64,000 bases of DNA from an uncultured delta proteobacterium. Lineage in GTDB: Bacteria; Desulfobacterota; Binatia; UBA9968. Where the stretch lies: contig CAWJBB010000030.1 of assembly GCA_963840855.1 (NCBI GenBank), positions 128,001 to 192,000 on the forward strand, read 5' to 3'. The first letter of the stretch is position 1, and every line of letters begins with the position of its first letter. The notes under the pieces are model-generated. The model had not been told where the DNA came from, did not search any database, and saw only the letters and a program-made list of their open reading frames with translations. A program made the position numbers and the translations under genes. Below are positions 52,721 through 62,640 of the stretch, one piece after another.

Positions 52721-54250
52721 ATGCGTAAGGGAACCATGGGAATAAATCGACGTCAGTTCCTTAGGCGAGGCGCCGCTCTCGGCCTAGGCACAGTTATTGG
52801 ATCGGCCCATGCACGTGGGATTTGGGCGGCCTCCAAGGAGCGCGTGGTCATTCTTCAAGGAGTCGGCTTGGATTCGCTGCATCCCTACGGTTATAGCGGC
52901 GGCGGGATTACCGGGATCTGGCAGCACATGATCGAGCCCCTGATCTCGATGGACTACACGCGCAACGAATACGTCGGGGTTCTGGCTGAGTCTTGGGAGT
53001 TTCAAGGCAAGAGATGGGTCTTCCGGCTTCGCAAAGGCATCCGTTTTCACAACGGCTCTCCGTTTACTTCAAAGGATGTCCTTTACTCGTTCCAGCGAAT
53101 GAAAACCGACAAGAGCAGTCTTCAGGGGGCTGATATTGCCGGCGTGGAAGTAGAGACCCCGGACGATCACACGGTGGTGTTGACGACTAAGAATGCAAGC
53201 GCAATCCTGCTCGACCGGCTCGACACTCGTTTCATTACGAGCAAGGCGGCCGCGGACAAGTATGGCGATCAAGTGGACAATAATCCGATCGGCACGGGGC
53301 CTTACAAATTCGTCAGCTGGCAGCGCGGCGGAAATTTGGCAATGGTGCGCAATGAGGACTATTGGGGGTCTAAGGCGGAGATTAAGGAAGCGGTCTTGAA
53401 AGGCGTGAAGGAGGAAGCAGCGCGAGTGGCGGGTCTCCTGGCCGGCCAGGGAGACGTGATTAGTAACCTCCCGATTGAAGAAATCGAGCGCGTGGACAAT
53501 CACCCGCGGATCCGGGTTGAAAGGGTGCCGGGATTCAGGATGTATTTTTTGGCCATGAACGTGACGTTCAAACCTTTCGGCAACAAGCTCGTGCGGCAGG
53601 CTTTCAATTACGCGGTGGATCCCGCCGTTATCATGAAACACATTTTTGACGGCAACGGCACCGTCCTCAACGGCCCGTTGAGTTCAAACATGATCGGCTA
53701 CGACCCTAACGTCAAGCGTTATCCTTACGATCCGAAAAAGTCGCGTGAGCTGCTGGCGCAAGCCGGTTATTCCGGTGGGCTGGAGGTGAAGCTCCATTAC
53801 GCCCCGGACCGCCATCTCAAAGGCAAAGAGGTTTGCCAGGTGCTTGCCAGTCAGCTGGCGAAAGCCGGCGTCAAAGTGGAACTGGTCTCGCAGGAGTACG
53901 CGGTCTATTGGGGAAAGGACGGGGTCAATGGCGGGAAGACCGCCTTCTATTATGCCGGGCGGACGGCGAGCGATGCCGACACGCTGTACGATCAATACTT
54001 CCACACCGGCATGAGCAAGCGCATCGGCTACAGCAACCCGGATTTCGACAAGCTAATTGAAGAGGAGCAGCAAACCGGCAATCACAAAAAGCGCATAGCG
54101 CTATTGCAACAGGCGGGGCGCATACTCATGGAGGATGCGCCTTTTGTTCCGCTCTACACCTTATCAGAGATTTACGGCCTGGCGAGAAATATACTCTGGA
54201 GAGGCACGCCGGATAATCGGATTCTCGCGGCTGAAATGAAAATCAAGTAG
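52721..54250 (+). CDS. Tat-exported family-5 (peptide/nickel-type) ABC substrate-binding protein
   Basis: NRRQFL; LAESWE, LRKGIRFHNG, PIGTGPYKF, VRQAFNYAVD. Confidence 0.9.
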   Translation: MRKGTMGINRRQFLRRGAALGLGTVIGSAHARGIWAASKERVVILQGVGLDSLHPYGYSGGGITGIWQHMIEPLISMDYTRNEYVGVLAESWEFQGKRWVFRLRKGIRFHNGSPFTSKDVLYSFQRMKTDKSSLQGADIAGVEVETPDDHTVVLTTKNASAILLDRLDTRFITSKAAADKYGDQVDNNPIGTGPYKFVSWQRGGNLAMVRNEDYWGSKAEIKEAVLKGVKEEAARVAGLLAGQGDVISNLPIEEIERVDNHPRIRVERVPGFRMYFLAMNVTFKPFGNKLVRQAFNYAVDPAVIMKHIFDGNGTVLNGPLSSNMIGYDPNVKRYPYDPKKSRELLAQAGYSGGLEVKLHYAPDRHLKGKEVCQVLASQLAKAGVKVELVSQEYAVYWGKDGVNGGKTAFYYAGRTASDADTLYDQYFHTGMSKRIGYSNPDFDKLIEEEQQTGNHKKRIALLQQAGRILMEDAPFVPLYTLSEIYGLARNILWRGTPDNRILAAEMKIK

Positions 54251-54339
54251 AAGCGCGGTGGTTGCAACTTTCGATACTGCTCAACGCAAAAGTATACAGC
54301 CCGCAAAATGCGAGCCGGAGCGCCAACCAAAGACGATGG

Positions 54340-54481
54340 TAGTAGCTTATTTTCGACAAGATCCCTCACTTCGTTCGGGATGACAATTTGCCCTGCTTGT
54401 CATTTCGAGCCCTTCGACTAAGCTCAGGGTAAACTCCGCGAGAAATCTTTCTTGCTTTCCCGACACCGGCGCGACTGCTAA
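54340..54481. repeat. REP-like composite palindrome
   Basis: AGATCCCTCACTTCGTTCGGGATGAC / GTCATTTCGAGCCCTTCGACTAAGCTCAGGG...CGAGAAATCT. Confidence 0.55.
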
Positions 54482-54586
54482 GTGAACCCTGCCGCCACGC
54501 TATACGGTTTGACAAACCAATGGGCACGGCCCTAAGAATACGAGAAGCTTAGCGACGCTGCGAATTTTATCACTAGAGGCTCTTAT

Positions 54587-55867
54587 ATGCCGCTGACTTT
54601 GGCGAATCACCCCGTCACGAAGATCGACTTCGGAACTCCGACCCGACTCGATGGGACGGTGCTGGTTATCGATCGTGAGGAACTTCGCCGGCTGGTGCTC
54701 GACGACCGTTCTTTTACAGGCGTCGATTTTCAGATCATCGGCGCCGGCGATAAGTGCCGCGCCGGGCCGATCTTCGACATCGTCGAACCAAGAGCGAAAG
54801 CTCCCGGTTCAGGCGCCGATTTTCCCGGCATCTTGGGTCCGCCCGTAACCGCTGGAGCGGGGACGACCCATGTGCTCAACGGAGCGGCGCTCACAGTTTT
54901 GTCGGAGAGACTGCCGGGAGCGGAGCGAAGCGAAACCGGCCGCCTGCTGGAAATGACCGGCGCGGCGGGGGATGCGAGCGATTACTCCTCGCTAAGACAT
55001 CTGGTGATGATTCCGCACACGCAATCGGCATTGCCGTGGCCGGCGATGCTGAAAGCGTATCGCATCGCGAGCCTGAAAGTCTCCGTACACCTGGCTCGCG
55101 CGGCGCTGAATCACCCCCCGGTATCCGTGCAGACCTTCGATGCTGTTGGCCCCGTGGAGCCGGGACGCGAGGGGCTTTTCCGCGTCGCCTACGTCGGCCA
55201 GATTTTTTCGCGCCAGCGCAAACCCGAGGTGGATGAACCGATTCTCTATGGCGCCAACACGGACGGAATGTTGCCCATGGTTCTCCACCCCGACGAATGG
55301 CTCGACGGCGCGATCGTTCCGTCGTTCCATTCCTGGATGGGCAACACCGACACTTACTTCTATCAGAATCATCCTGTCGTCTTGGACCTTTACCGCCGCC
55401 ACCAGGCGCGAGAGCTTAATTTCGTCGGGACGGTGGTGACAATCGCGGGGGCCAACCATTTTGACCGCGAGCGTAACTGTCGAGTGGCGGCGCATCTGGT
55501 GAAGTGGAATCTGCGGGCCGATGGCGCGGTTCTGACCAAGTATGGTGGCGGATTGCCCCACGCGGACCTGGCGGAAACGGCGCGGCTGTTGGAAGTCACG
55601 GGAATCCGAACCGCAGTCATGGTTACTGACACGTCCCGAGACCGTCGGGTGGAGTCGGCATTGCTTTTTAACACGCCGGAAGTGAATGCCATTGTTTACA
55701 ACGGTGGCAACGGCACCCGATGGGAAGTTCCAATGGTGGATCGGATCATCGCGCCGACCCCCGAGTTGCGTGAATTGCTCGCCGGTCCATTAGTTGTCGC
55801 AGCGTCGGACATCGCCGGCGTTACGAATCAGCAAGGGGCATCAAAAATGAGAGCAATGGTCTATTGA
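54587..55867 (+). CDS. Glycine/sarcosine/betaine reductase component B alpha/beta (GrdE-like) protein, divergent
   Basis: DIVEPRAK...FPG.LG, G.THVL.G, LHPDEWLDGA, TY.YQNHP, L.ADGA; adjacent to a GrdB-like gene. Confidence 0.8.
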   Translation: MPLTLANHPVTKIDFGTPTRLDGTVLVIDREELRRLVLDDRSFTGVDFQIIGAGDKCRAGPIFDIVEPRAKAPGSGADFPGILGPPVTAGAGTTHVLNGAALTVLSERLPGAERSETGRLLEMTGAAGDASDYSSLRHLVMIPHTQSALPWPAMLKAYRIASLKVSVHLARAALNHPPVSVQTFDAVGPVEPGREGLFRVAYVGQIFSRQRKPEVDEPILYGANTDGMLPMVLHPDEWLDGAIVPSFHSWMGNTDTYFYQNHPVVLDLYRRHQARELNFVGTVVTIAGANHFDRERNCRVAAHLVKWNLRADGAVLTKYGGGLPHADLAETARLLEVTGIRTAVMVTDTSRDRRVESALLFNTPEVNAIVYNGGNGTRWEVPMVDRIIAPTPELRELLAGPLVVAASDIAGVTNQQGASKMRAMVY

Positions 55868-55962
55868 AATAGGCGAGAGGCGGAAGGCGTGAGGGGAGAG
55901 ACGGAAATATTCCCGCATCCCTCACGCCTGTTGCCTCAAGCCTTGTACCCAAGGAGCCTAAT

Positions 55963-57243
55963 ATGCGCATTGTGCACTACTTGAACCAATTTTTCGGCGG
56001 TATCGGCGCCGAGGAGCACGCGGGCAAGTCATTGGAGATACGCGAGGGCGCGGTGGGACCCGGCCGGCTTATGGAGCAACTTTTAGGCGACGGCGCGCGC
56101 GTCGTCATGACGCTCGTTTGCGGCGACAACTACGCCGTCGAACGCCAGGAGGAGCTGACCGCGGCCGTTTTAGAGAAGGTCAAGGAAACGAATCCGGATT
56201 TGTTCGTCGCCGGGCCCTGCTTCGACGCGGGTCGTTACGGCATGGCGGCCGGCGCGCTGTGCGCGGCCGTTCAATCGACCCTCGGCATTCCCGTTATCAC
56301 CGCGATGAGCGAAGAAAACCCTGGCGCGGATCTCTATCGCGAGGCGCTTTTTATCGTCGACTCGGGCGTCAACGCCGCCAAAATGCGCGACGTGTTGCTC
56401 AAGATGGTGGACCTTGGAAAGAAGCTAGCCGCCAAAAGAGCGGTCGGCCTGCCCGCGGAGGAAGGTTATCTGCGCCGCGGACTTCTGCGCGACCAAATCG
56501 TCGAAGACCGGGCGGCAACGCGGCTCGTCGACATGCTCATGGCGAAATTGCAAGACGAGCCGTTCGAATCCGAGATGTTGCCGACGACTTTTCCACCGGT
56601 TCCCATGCCGTCCGGCGTGAAAGATTTGTCGAAAGCCAAAATCATGCTGATCACTGACGGCGGGCTCGTTCCGAAAGGGAATCCGGATCGGATCTCGGGA
56701 ACCGCCGCGACGCGCTGGGGCGCGTACAACATCGCAGGCGTCGATGATCTGCGCGGCGAAGCATACGAAATCTCCCACGGCGGATACGACACGCGGTTCG
56801 TGCAGGACGATCCCGATCGTTTGGTGCCCCTCGACGCCATGCGCGAGATGGAAACGCGCGGCGTCATCGGTAAACTGCACGAAGAATTTCTCTCAACCTG
56901 CGGGCGATCCAATCCGCTTTCGAATACCCGGCGGCTGGGCAGGGAGATGGCCGAGAAGGTGAAGCGGGAAGGCGTCGATGCGGTGATCCTCACGTCCACT
57001 TGAGGGACGAGCACGCGCAGCGGCGCTGCGATCACGACAGAGTTGGAGAAAGCGGGCATCCCGGTGGTCCAGATCACCTCAGCCCTGCCCATCGCCAAGA
57101 TGGTGGGTTCGAACCGCGTCGTTTTGGGCAACGGCATCGTGCATGTCACCGGCGACGCCAAGCTGCCACCCGAAGATGAGAAGAAGCTGCGGCGCGAGTT
57201 GGTGCAAAAAGCGCTGGACGCGCTCCAGTCGAACGACAAATAA
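55963..57243 (+). CDS. Selenoprotein B (GrdB/GrdF/GrdH-like) with Sec at TGA 57001-57003
   Basis: MRIVHYLNQFFGGIG, GP.F.AGRYG, DGGLVPKGNPD, VILTST-U-GT; the frame continues EKAGIPVVQIT...VGSNR to TAA 57243. Confidence 0.9.
57016..57030 (+). promoter_or_regulatory. Candidate bacterial SECIS hairpin
   Basis: CGCAGC-GGC-GCTGCG, starting 12 nt after the UGA. Confidence 0.55.
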
Positions 57244-57375
57244 GCGCCCCCGGCGAGCATGGCGGTGAAATCCTGAGGCGCTTGCTGTTGACGAGGAACG
57301 CCACTGACCCGCAACGCCTTGACTCAGCCATCGAAATACATCCAATCCATTCTCTTCTAACGCGTACAGACGGCT

Positions 57376-57885
57376 GTGAGTACGACGATTCACGTCAGAA
57401 CTGTCTCTTCCAAAAAAGCTCTGGCAAGGGCCTTCGCCATTCGCGTCCGTGTTTTCGTTAAAGAGCAGGGCGTGCCGGAAGAGATTGAATTGGATCGTGA
57501 CGATGAGCGGGCGACGCATTTCTTGGCTGTCCAATCCGGCAAAGCTGTGGGTACGGCCCGCGTGGTCATGCGACGGAGCAGCGCCAAGATCGGACGAATG
57601 GCGGTGCTGAAAAGCCATCGGCGCAAAGGGGTGGGGAAAAGGCTATTGAAGCGGGCCGTGCAGAAGGCGCGTCAGTCAGGCGCGAAGAAGATTTACCTGC
57701 ACGCGCAAGTGGCGGTGATCGATTTCTATGAGAATTTAAACTTTCGTTGCGTCGGCCCGGTTTTCGATGAAGCGGGGATTTCGCATCGGAAGATGGTCCT
57801 TGAAGAAGAAATTCAACCGCTAAAGAGCGCAAAGAAGAGAGGACTCACCACGAAGGCACGAAGTTCACGAAGTTTAAGAGAATAA
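57376..57885 (+). CDS. GNAT N-acetyltransferase (ElaA/YjcF-like)
   Basis: VFVKEQGVP, KIGRMAV..RRKGVG, HAQ...FY, FDEAGI.H..M. Confidence 0.88.
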   Translation: MSTTIHVRTVSSKKALARAFAIRVRVFVKEQGVPEEIELDRDDERATHFLAVQSGKAVGTARVVMRRSSAKIGRMAVLKSHRRKGVGKRLLKRAVQKARQSGAKKIYLHAQVAVIDFYENLNFRCVGPVFDEAGISHRKMVLEEEIQPLKSAKKRGLTTKARSSRSLRE

Positions 57886-57953
57886 ATATCCGAGCCCTTT
57901 GTGACCTTCGTGCCTCTTTGAAAATACGGGGCGTGAGGATGAGCTTTAGAATT

Positions 57954-58062
57954 GTAGCCTGGATGGAGCGAAGCAGAATCCAGGAAGGTGGCGTGGCGTG
58001 GCAGAGGCAACGGTGCGCGTGAATGAAGAAACCCGGATTACGCTTTGCTCCATCCGGGCTAC
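57954..58062. repeat. Inverted pair of GTAG-type REPs (REPIN)
   Basis: GTAGCCTGGATGGAGCGAAGCAGAATCCAGG ... CCCGGATTACGCTTTGCTCCATCCGGGCTAC. Confidence 0.75.
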
Positions 58063-58267
58063 GAAGGAGAATCCTCCATTTTCATGATCTGTGGGCGAGC
58101 GTAAGATCACGAATCACTTCGGGGTGAATCCTAATTTTGAACGTTTTGAACGATTGAAACGTTTGGAACGACTGGAACACGCGCAGCGTGTTCATTATTG
58201 CGCCTTCGTGCCAATACCGAATCGTTTTGTGAAATCGGCAACACAAGATTTGCGCAAGCTGCGCGAA

Positions 58268-59005
58268 CTAGGTCGGTTTCGATACTAACACCATCGGACC
58301 GGTCGGCGCCGCCGTCGTGCCGACTGGCTCGAGGGTGACGGCGAACGTTTGTATGGGTTTGTCGCTCGGAGCCGCGTTAATATGCACCCCGCCCGAGCCT
58401 TTGGCGTCGGTGCGGATACTCGCGACGTAGCGCGGGGACGACTCTTGAGCGATGGTCCAGACGGCGTACATCTTGCCCTCCGGCGCCGCGGGAAGATTGG
58501 TTACGAAGATATGACCTTCGCCGGATTCATTCCAGAGAAATCGACCCGCTGCTTTCGGTGTGGGACCGGTCCCATAAAGCGGGAAATCTCGGGTAGCGGG
58601 GTCGCGCAAGAGATTTATAACTGATGTGTATAGCGTGTGGCGCGGTTCGTAGCGTTTGGTAATCAATGTACCTGCCAGAACCGCGCCGACAATACCGGCA
58701 GCCAAAGTTCCCGTGATGACTTGCCAGCGTCTCCAAGTCGATCGCGGCTTCCGAGGGAGCGAAACGACCTTCTCGCTAGCGATGTTGTGGAAAAGACGAG
58801 TTTTGACAGACGCCGACGGTGTCATTGGAGTGATGGAGCGATGCAAGATCAATAGGGCTTCGCGGGTCTCACGGACGTACGCTTCACAGATGGGACAGCC
58901 GGAGGCCAGATGAGCTTCGAATTCCTTCAGCTCCTTCTCATCGAGGGCGCCGAGAGCATAGAACTCACTGCGTTCAAGCCATTCTTCGTGGGCTGTTGCC
59001 ATCAT
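58268..59005 (-). CDS. Anti-sigma factor (ZAS HxxxCxxC + TM + RskA domain), copy 2
   Basis: HLASGCPIC; TM; Y.VW, FAVTLEP..APTGP. Confidence 0.88.
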   Translation of the reverse strand: MMATAHEEWLERSEFYALGALDEKELKEFEAHLASGCPICEAYVRETREALLILHRSITPMTPSASVKTRLFHNIASEKVVSLPRKPRSTWRRWQVITGTLAAGIVGAVLAGTLITKRYEPRHTLYTSVINLLRDPATRDFPLYGTGPTPKAAGRFLWNESGEGHIFVTNLPAAPEGKMYAVWTIAQESSPRYVASIRTDAKGSGGVHINAAPSDKPIQTFAVTLEPVGTTAAPTGPMVLVSKPT

Positions 59006-59562
59006 GCCAACTGTGTCCCGAGGATCTCTCTTAATTTCTGAATGCCGGAGCGCATCCGGGTCTTGACAGTCCCCAAAGGCTCCGCCAACCGATCAGCGAT
59101 CTCGTTCTGCGTTAAGCCGTCAAAGTAGGCCAGCTCCAGCACTTTACGTTGCGGGTCTGGCAGATTCGCTAGAGCGCTGTTCATTGTCAGCCTGGTTTCC
59201 GATTCTGCTGCCGAAGACTCCACGTTCTCAGGGGATTCCGCTCGCGCAGGGTCGTCGGTGTGCACAAAGCTCTTTTGCATTCTACGAATAGAACGTATTT
59301 TGTCGATGGCTCGGCTACGCGCAATGTTTATGATCCATGCTTCCGGGCTGCCACGCTCCGCGCTGTAGTTTTGCGCCTGACGCCAAACTTGGACAAAAAC
59401 CTCTTGAAGTAGATCCTCGGCGTCGGAGCGAGCCTTCAGCATCCGCATAGCGAGGGTAAAGACTAGGGTCGAGAAGCGATCGTAAAGCTGGCTGAAGGCG
59501 TCACGATCCTGCTTCGCGACTTGTTGAATAAGATGGAGGGCGATTGTTGGGTTGGGAGGCAC
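59002..59562 (-). CDS. ECF sigma factor (SigK-like), copy 2
   Basis: DAEDLLQEVF, ARSRAID, EPLGTVKTRMR. Confidence 0.92.
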   Translation of the reverse strand: MPPNPTIALHLIQQVAKQDRDAFSQLYDRFSTLVFTLAMRMLKARSDAEDLLQEVFVQVWRQAQNYSAERGSPEAWIINIARSRAIDKIRSIRRMQKSFVHTDDPARAESPENVESSAAESETRLTMNSALANLPDPQRKVLELAYFDGLTQNEIADRLAEPLGTVKTRMRSGIQKLREILGTQLA

Positions 59563-59571
59563 CGGTATCTC

Positions 59572-59660
59572 CTAAACAATCGTCTCGCTTTGCACAGGGG
59601 TCATGAGCAGCATAACAGAACCTTCCTCAGTTCACTGATGAATGCTGCGGTAGACTAGCA
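59572..59660 (-). pseudogene. Vestige of the cupin gene 3' end
   Basis: SIHQ*TEEGSVMLLMTPVQSETIV* parallels SVHLDSRTDDGALMLVISSTQNEML of the 61.3-kb cupin, at the equivalent position. Confidence 0.5.
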
Positions 59661-59749
59661 ATTCTTCGTAAACCAAGGTCCGTCACCTAAACAAGCGGAA
59701 AAAATCTTAGCTCAACGCCGCTTCACTATGCAAACCAACTCTATACTTA

Positions 59750-59776
59750 TTACGAGTGCGATGAGGATTTGGATTT
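59750..59776 (-). promoter_or_regulatory. Candidate ECF promoter (copy 2)
   Basis: AAATCC-N16-CGTAA, homologous to 61872-61899. Confidence 0.55.
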
Positions 59777-59903
59777 ACACTTAAGAATTTTTCTTGAGAA
59801 TCTGGATTAGGCATGGCCCGCGACTCGGTTTGGAGAAAAATGTAGTGTCGGTGACCTTGAATTTTTCTCCGGCCCAAAGGAACCGAGCTTGGTTTGAAAG
59901 ACG

Positions 59904-60662
59904 TCAAAAGCTCCCAAGGAGATGCATCGGGCCGGTGGGTTTAGGAACGCCGCCTGCGGGCTCAAGGGTAACGGCAAACTTGTCGAAGGACTTTCCTTGA
60001 GGAAGTGAGGGGATCTTTAGTAAGGTGTGGGGTTTGTCTTCAACGGAGAAGGTTCCCGCTGGCACTGGCTCGTCGCCGGCAATGGCCCAGAGTTCATAAA
60101 CCTTATCCGGCGTGTTCTTCGGAAGGCCCATTGTAATAAGGACACCCTTGCCGGTTTCGGGATTCCAAAGCAAATGACCCATAGCGTCCGGGCTTGGCGC
60201 TAGTCCCTTCAGGTGCGCGGATCGAGCGTGGGGATCCGAGAGGAATTGAATGCTCGTTTCATGTAGTATCGACCCGGTTTGGATAGAGGCCACCTCTTTC
60301 TGGAGCCTTTGAAGTTCTTGTCGGGTAGTATACAGACTCCACGTCATAGTCATCAGGAGGCCGGCGGCGGCGAACGCGCCAGCGCTTATGCCCCAAGGGA
60401 ACCATCTCGATCTCGTGCCTTCCCGAATCGATGGCGCAACCTCGGGGTTAATCTGATGAAGCAGCCTGGCCTTGACCTGCTGCGGGGGAACCACGGGCGC
60501 AAGCGATCGCGCGAAAACGGCTAAAGTCTCCCGTGTCTCACGGAGGTGGCCTTCACAGACGCGGCAGCCTGCCAGGTGAGCTTCGAATTGGATGCGCTCA
60601 TCACCGTCAAGGGCACCCAGGCCAAAAATCTCTGCTCGTTCAAGCCATTCTTCGTGTGCCAT
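59904..60662 (-). CDS. Anti-sigma factor (ZAS + TM + RskA), copy 1
   Basis: HLAGCRVC; YELW, FAVTLEPAGG.PKPTG. Confidence 0.88.
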   Translation of the reverse strand: MAHEEWLERAEIFGLGALDGDERIQFEAHLAGCRVCEGHLRETRETLAVFARSLAPVVPPQQVKARLLHQINPEVAPSIREGTRSRWFPWGISAGAFAAAGLLMTMTWSLYTTRQELQRLQKEVASIQTGSILHETSIQFLSDPHARSAHLKGLAPSPDAMGHLLWNPETGKGVLITMGLPKNTPDKVYELWAIAGDEPVPAGTFSVEDKPHTLLKIPSLPQGKSFDKFAVTLEPAGGVPKPTGPMHLLGSF

Positions 60663-60668
60663 GAGAAT

Positions 60669-61232
60669 TCACGCTGCCCGAGAGCTGACGATCTCCCGAA
60701 GACGTTGAATGCCGGAGCGCATCCTGGTCTTGACTGTACCTAAAGGTTCCGCCAAGCGTTCGGCGATTTCGCTTTGCGTCAAGCCGTCAAAGTAAGCGAG
60801 CTCCAGTACTTTGCGCAGGGCCTCGGGCAAATTCGCCAGTGCGCTGTTCATCGCCAACCTGGCTTCGGACTCCGCTGCCGATGATTCGACATTTTCACCT
60901 GATTCCGCCCGTGCCGGATCGTCGGTCAGCACGAAACTCTTTTCCATTCTCCGGATAGAACGTATTTTGTCGATTGCCCGGCTGCGCGCAATATTAATAA
61001 TCCATGCTTCCGGGCTGCCGCGCTCCGCGCTGTAGTTTTCCGCCTGACGCCAAACTTGGACAAAAACCTCTTGAAGTAAATCCTCGGCGTCGGAACGGAC
61101 CCTCAGCATGCGCATGGCGAGGGAAAAGACAAGGGAAGAACATCGGTCATACAGCTGGCTGAACGCCTCCCGATCTTGCTGGGCGACTTGTTGGATCAGG
61201 TATGCGGCTGGACTTATCGGATTGGGCGCTCA
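60669..61232 (-). CDS. ECF sigma factor copy 1 (5' end frameshifted)
   Basis: Near-identical to copy 2 (DAEDLLQEVFVQVWRQA...EPLGTVKTRMRSG). Confidence 0.88.
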
Positions 61233-61244
61233 CTGGATTATCCT

Positions 61245-61800
61245 TTATAGCAAGCATCTCGTTTTGCGTGGAACTTATCACAAGCATGAGCGCTCCGTCG
61301 TCCGTGCGACTGTCGAGATGGACACTGCCGGCCTCGGCGCGGTGATAATCGCCGGCTTTGAGCAAGCGCCCGGCGATGTAACAACTTCCCTCAATCACGA
61401 ACATCTCCTCAGTGAGGGCGTGGCGATGATCGGTGTAGCGCGCGCCTTTCTGCATGCGCATGAGCGCCGTAACGCGCTTGCGCGTATCATCCATAGCCAG
61501 GACCTTAACGGCAATCCCTGGGGCGATTTCCCGCCACTCGCCTTCTTGGGCGTGGACAAATAGGTGGCCGGGCTTATCCTTATCGATCTCGGCAAAAATA
61601 TGCGTCTTGACCGCGGATGGCGGCGAAAGCTGTTCTAGAGACTCCGAAAGCTGGGCAAACACCTGGGCGGTCTCGCGGACCTTATCCTCACAAAGGGCGC
61701 AGCCTGCCGCAAGGTGAGCCTCAAACTGAGCCAGTTCCTCTCCCTCGAGGGCACTCACGGCGAAGACCTCGGCCCGCGCCAGCCATTCTTCATGTTCCAC
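61245..61800 (-). CDS. ZAS domain plus ChrR-like cupin (soluble anti-sigma-like); 3' end uncertain
   Basis: HLAAGCALC; W....PGI.VKVL, HRH...EE..VIEG, GDYHRA. Confidence 0.8.
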
Positions 61801-61871
61801 GACGATTCACCTATCGCAGCGGCAAAATTCTAGCCCAGCGCCAACCGCAGTGCAAACAACTCCTATACACA

Positions 61872-61899
61872 TTACGAACGGGGGCTTGGATTCGGATTT
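61872..61899 (-). promoter_or_regulatory. Candidate ECF promoter (copy 1)
   Basis: AAATCC-N17-CGTAA upstream of the ZAS-cupin gene. Confidence 0.55.
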
Positions 61900-61950
61900 A
61901 CTCCGACAAAAATTAATTTGCCGGGCCCGTGTCTTTTTTCCTGATCTGGC

Positions 61951-61977
61951 AATCCGAGCTCACGACTTCCGCCGTAT
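61951..61977 (+). promoter_or_regulatory. Candidate ECF promoter for the divergent cupredoxin operon
   Basis: AATCC-N17-CGTAT. Confidence 0.5.
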
Positions 61978-62031
61978 ATGAATGCAGAGATTACCTCTAA
62001 TTCGACTCAACGAGAGCAAAAAGGAAACGGC

Positions 62032-62436
62032 ATGAAACGATATGGGGCGAGTTTTGCGATCATAACTGCAGCGATTCTACTCGGAAGCTTACCGCTACCC
62101 GCGCATAACGGTCATGATCATGGTCGGAAAAACAGCCCCGCCAACACCGCGCGAGACGGGATTGCGCTTGCGCAATCCGGAGCGCAGTCAAGCGTCGCGA
62201 TCAAGCTATTTCAGTACCAGCCCGGGCGAGTGCAACTGGCGCCGGGGACAACGGTAACCTGGGTAAATGAAGACGATATCTTTCATTCTGTCACCGCGGA
62301 TAAAGGGGACCCTGGATTCGACGCGCCCTTGGACGGCAAAGGGAAGAGCTTCAGCTTCACTTTCTCCCAGCCGGGAATTTACGCCTACCATTGTGAACGC
62401 CACGAACACATGCGCGGCGAGATCGATGTTCGATAA
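62032..62436 (+). CDS. Secreted cupredoxin (amicyanin/plastocyanin-like)
   Basis: Signal peptide; GTTVTWVN, HSVT, YHCERHEHMRG type-1 Cu ligands. Confidence 0.88.
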   Translation: MKRYGASFAIITAAILLGSLPLPAHNGHDHGRKNSPANTARDGIALAQSGAQSSVAIKLFQYQPGRVQLAPGTTVTWVNEDDIFHSVTADKGDPGFDAPLDGKGKSFSFTFSQPGIYAYHCERHEHMRGEIDVR

Positions 62437-62584
62437 TGTGGTGTCTCAAATCCGCGTCATTCCGGCCGAGTCTGCGAGAGCCGGAATCCAGGACAATCAA
62501 GACAATCTGGATTCCCGCCTGCGCGGGAATGACGAGTAAAGGAGTGCCGGCTTTTTAAAAGGACCTCTGAGACATCACGCTAGC
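62436..62584. mobile_element. MITE/REP composite similar to 27174-27357
   Basis: ATGTGGTGTCTCA ... TGAGACATCACGCTAG ends; inner GTCATTCCGGC...GCCGGAATCCAG / CTGGATTCCCGCCTGCGCGGGAATGAC. Confidence 0.6.
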
Positions 62585-62640
62585 AAGTCGATGATCAACA
62601 AAGGCAAAGGAAGTTTCCCAATCAGAAGGAGGAGCAAGAA

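Noticed and set aside
5058-58180. GTTCAA-type tandem repeats as CRISPR arrays
   Set aside because: 7-9 nt period, no unique spacers, no cas genes
61147-61245. Cupin-sigma fusion or overlap
   Set aside because: Comparison with sigma copy 2 indicates indels at the junction
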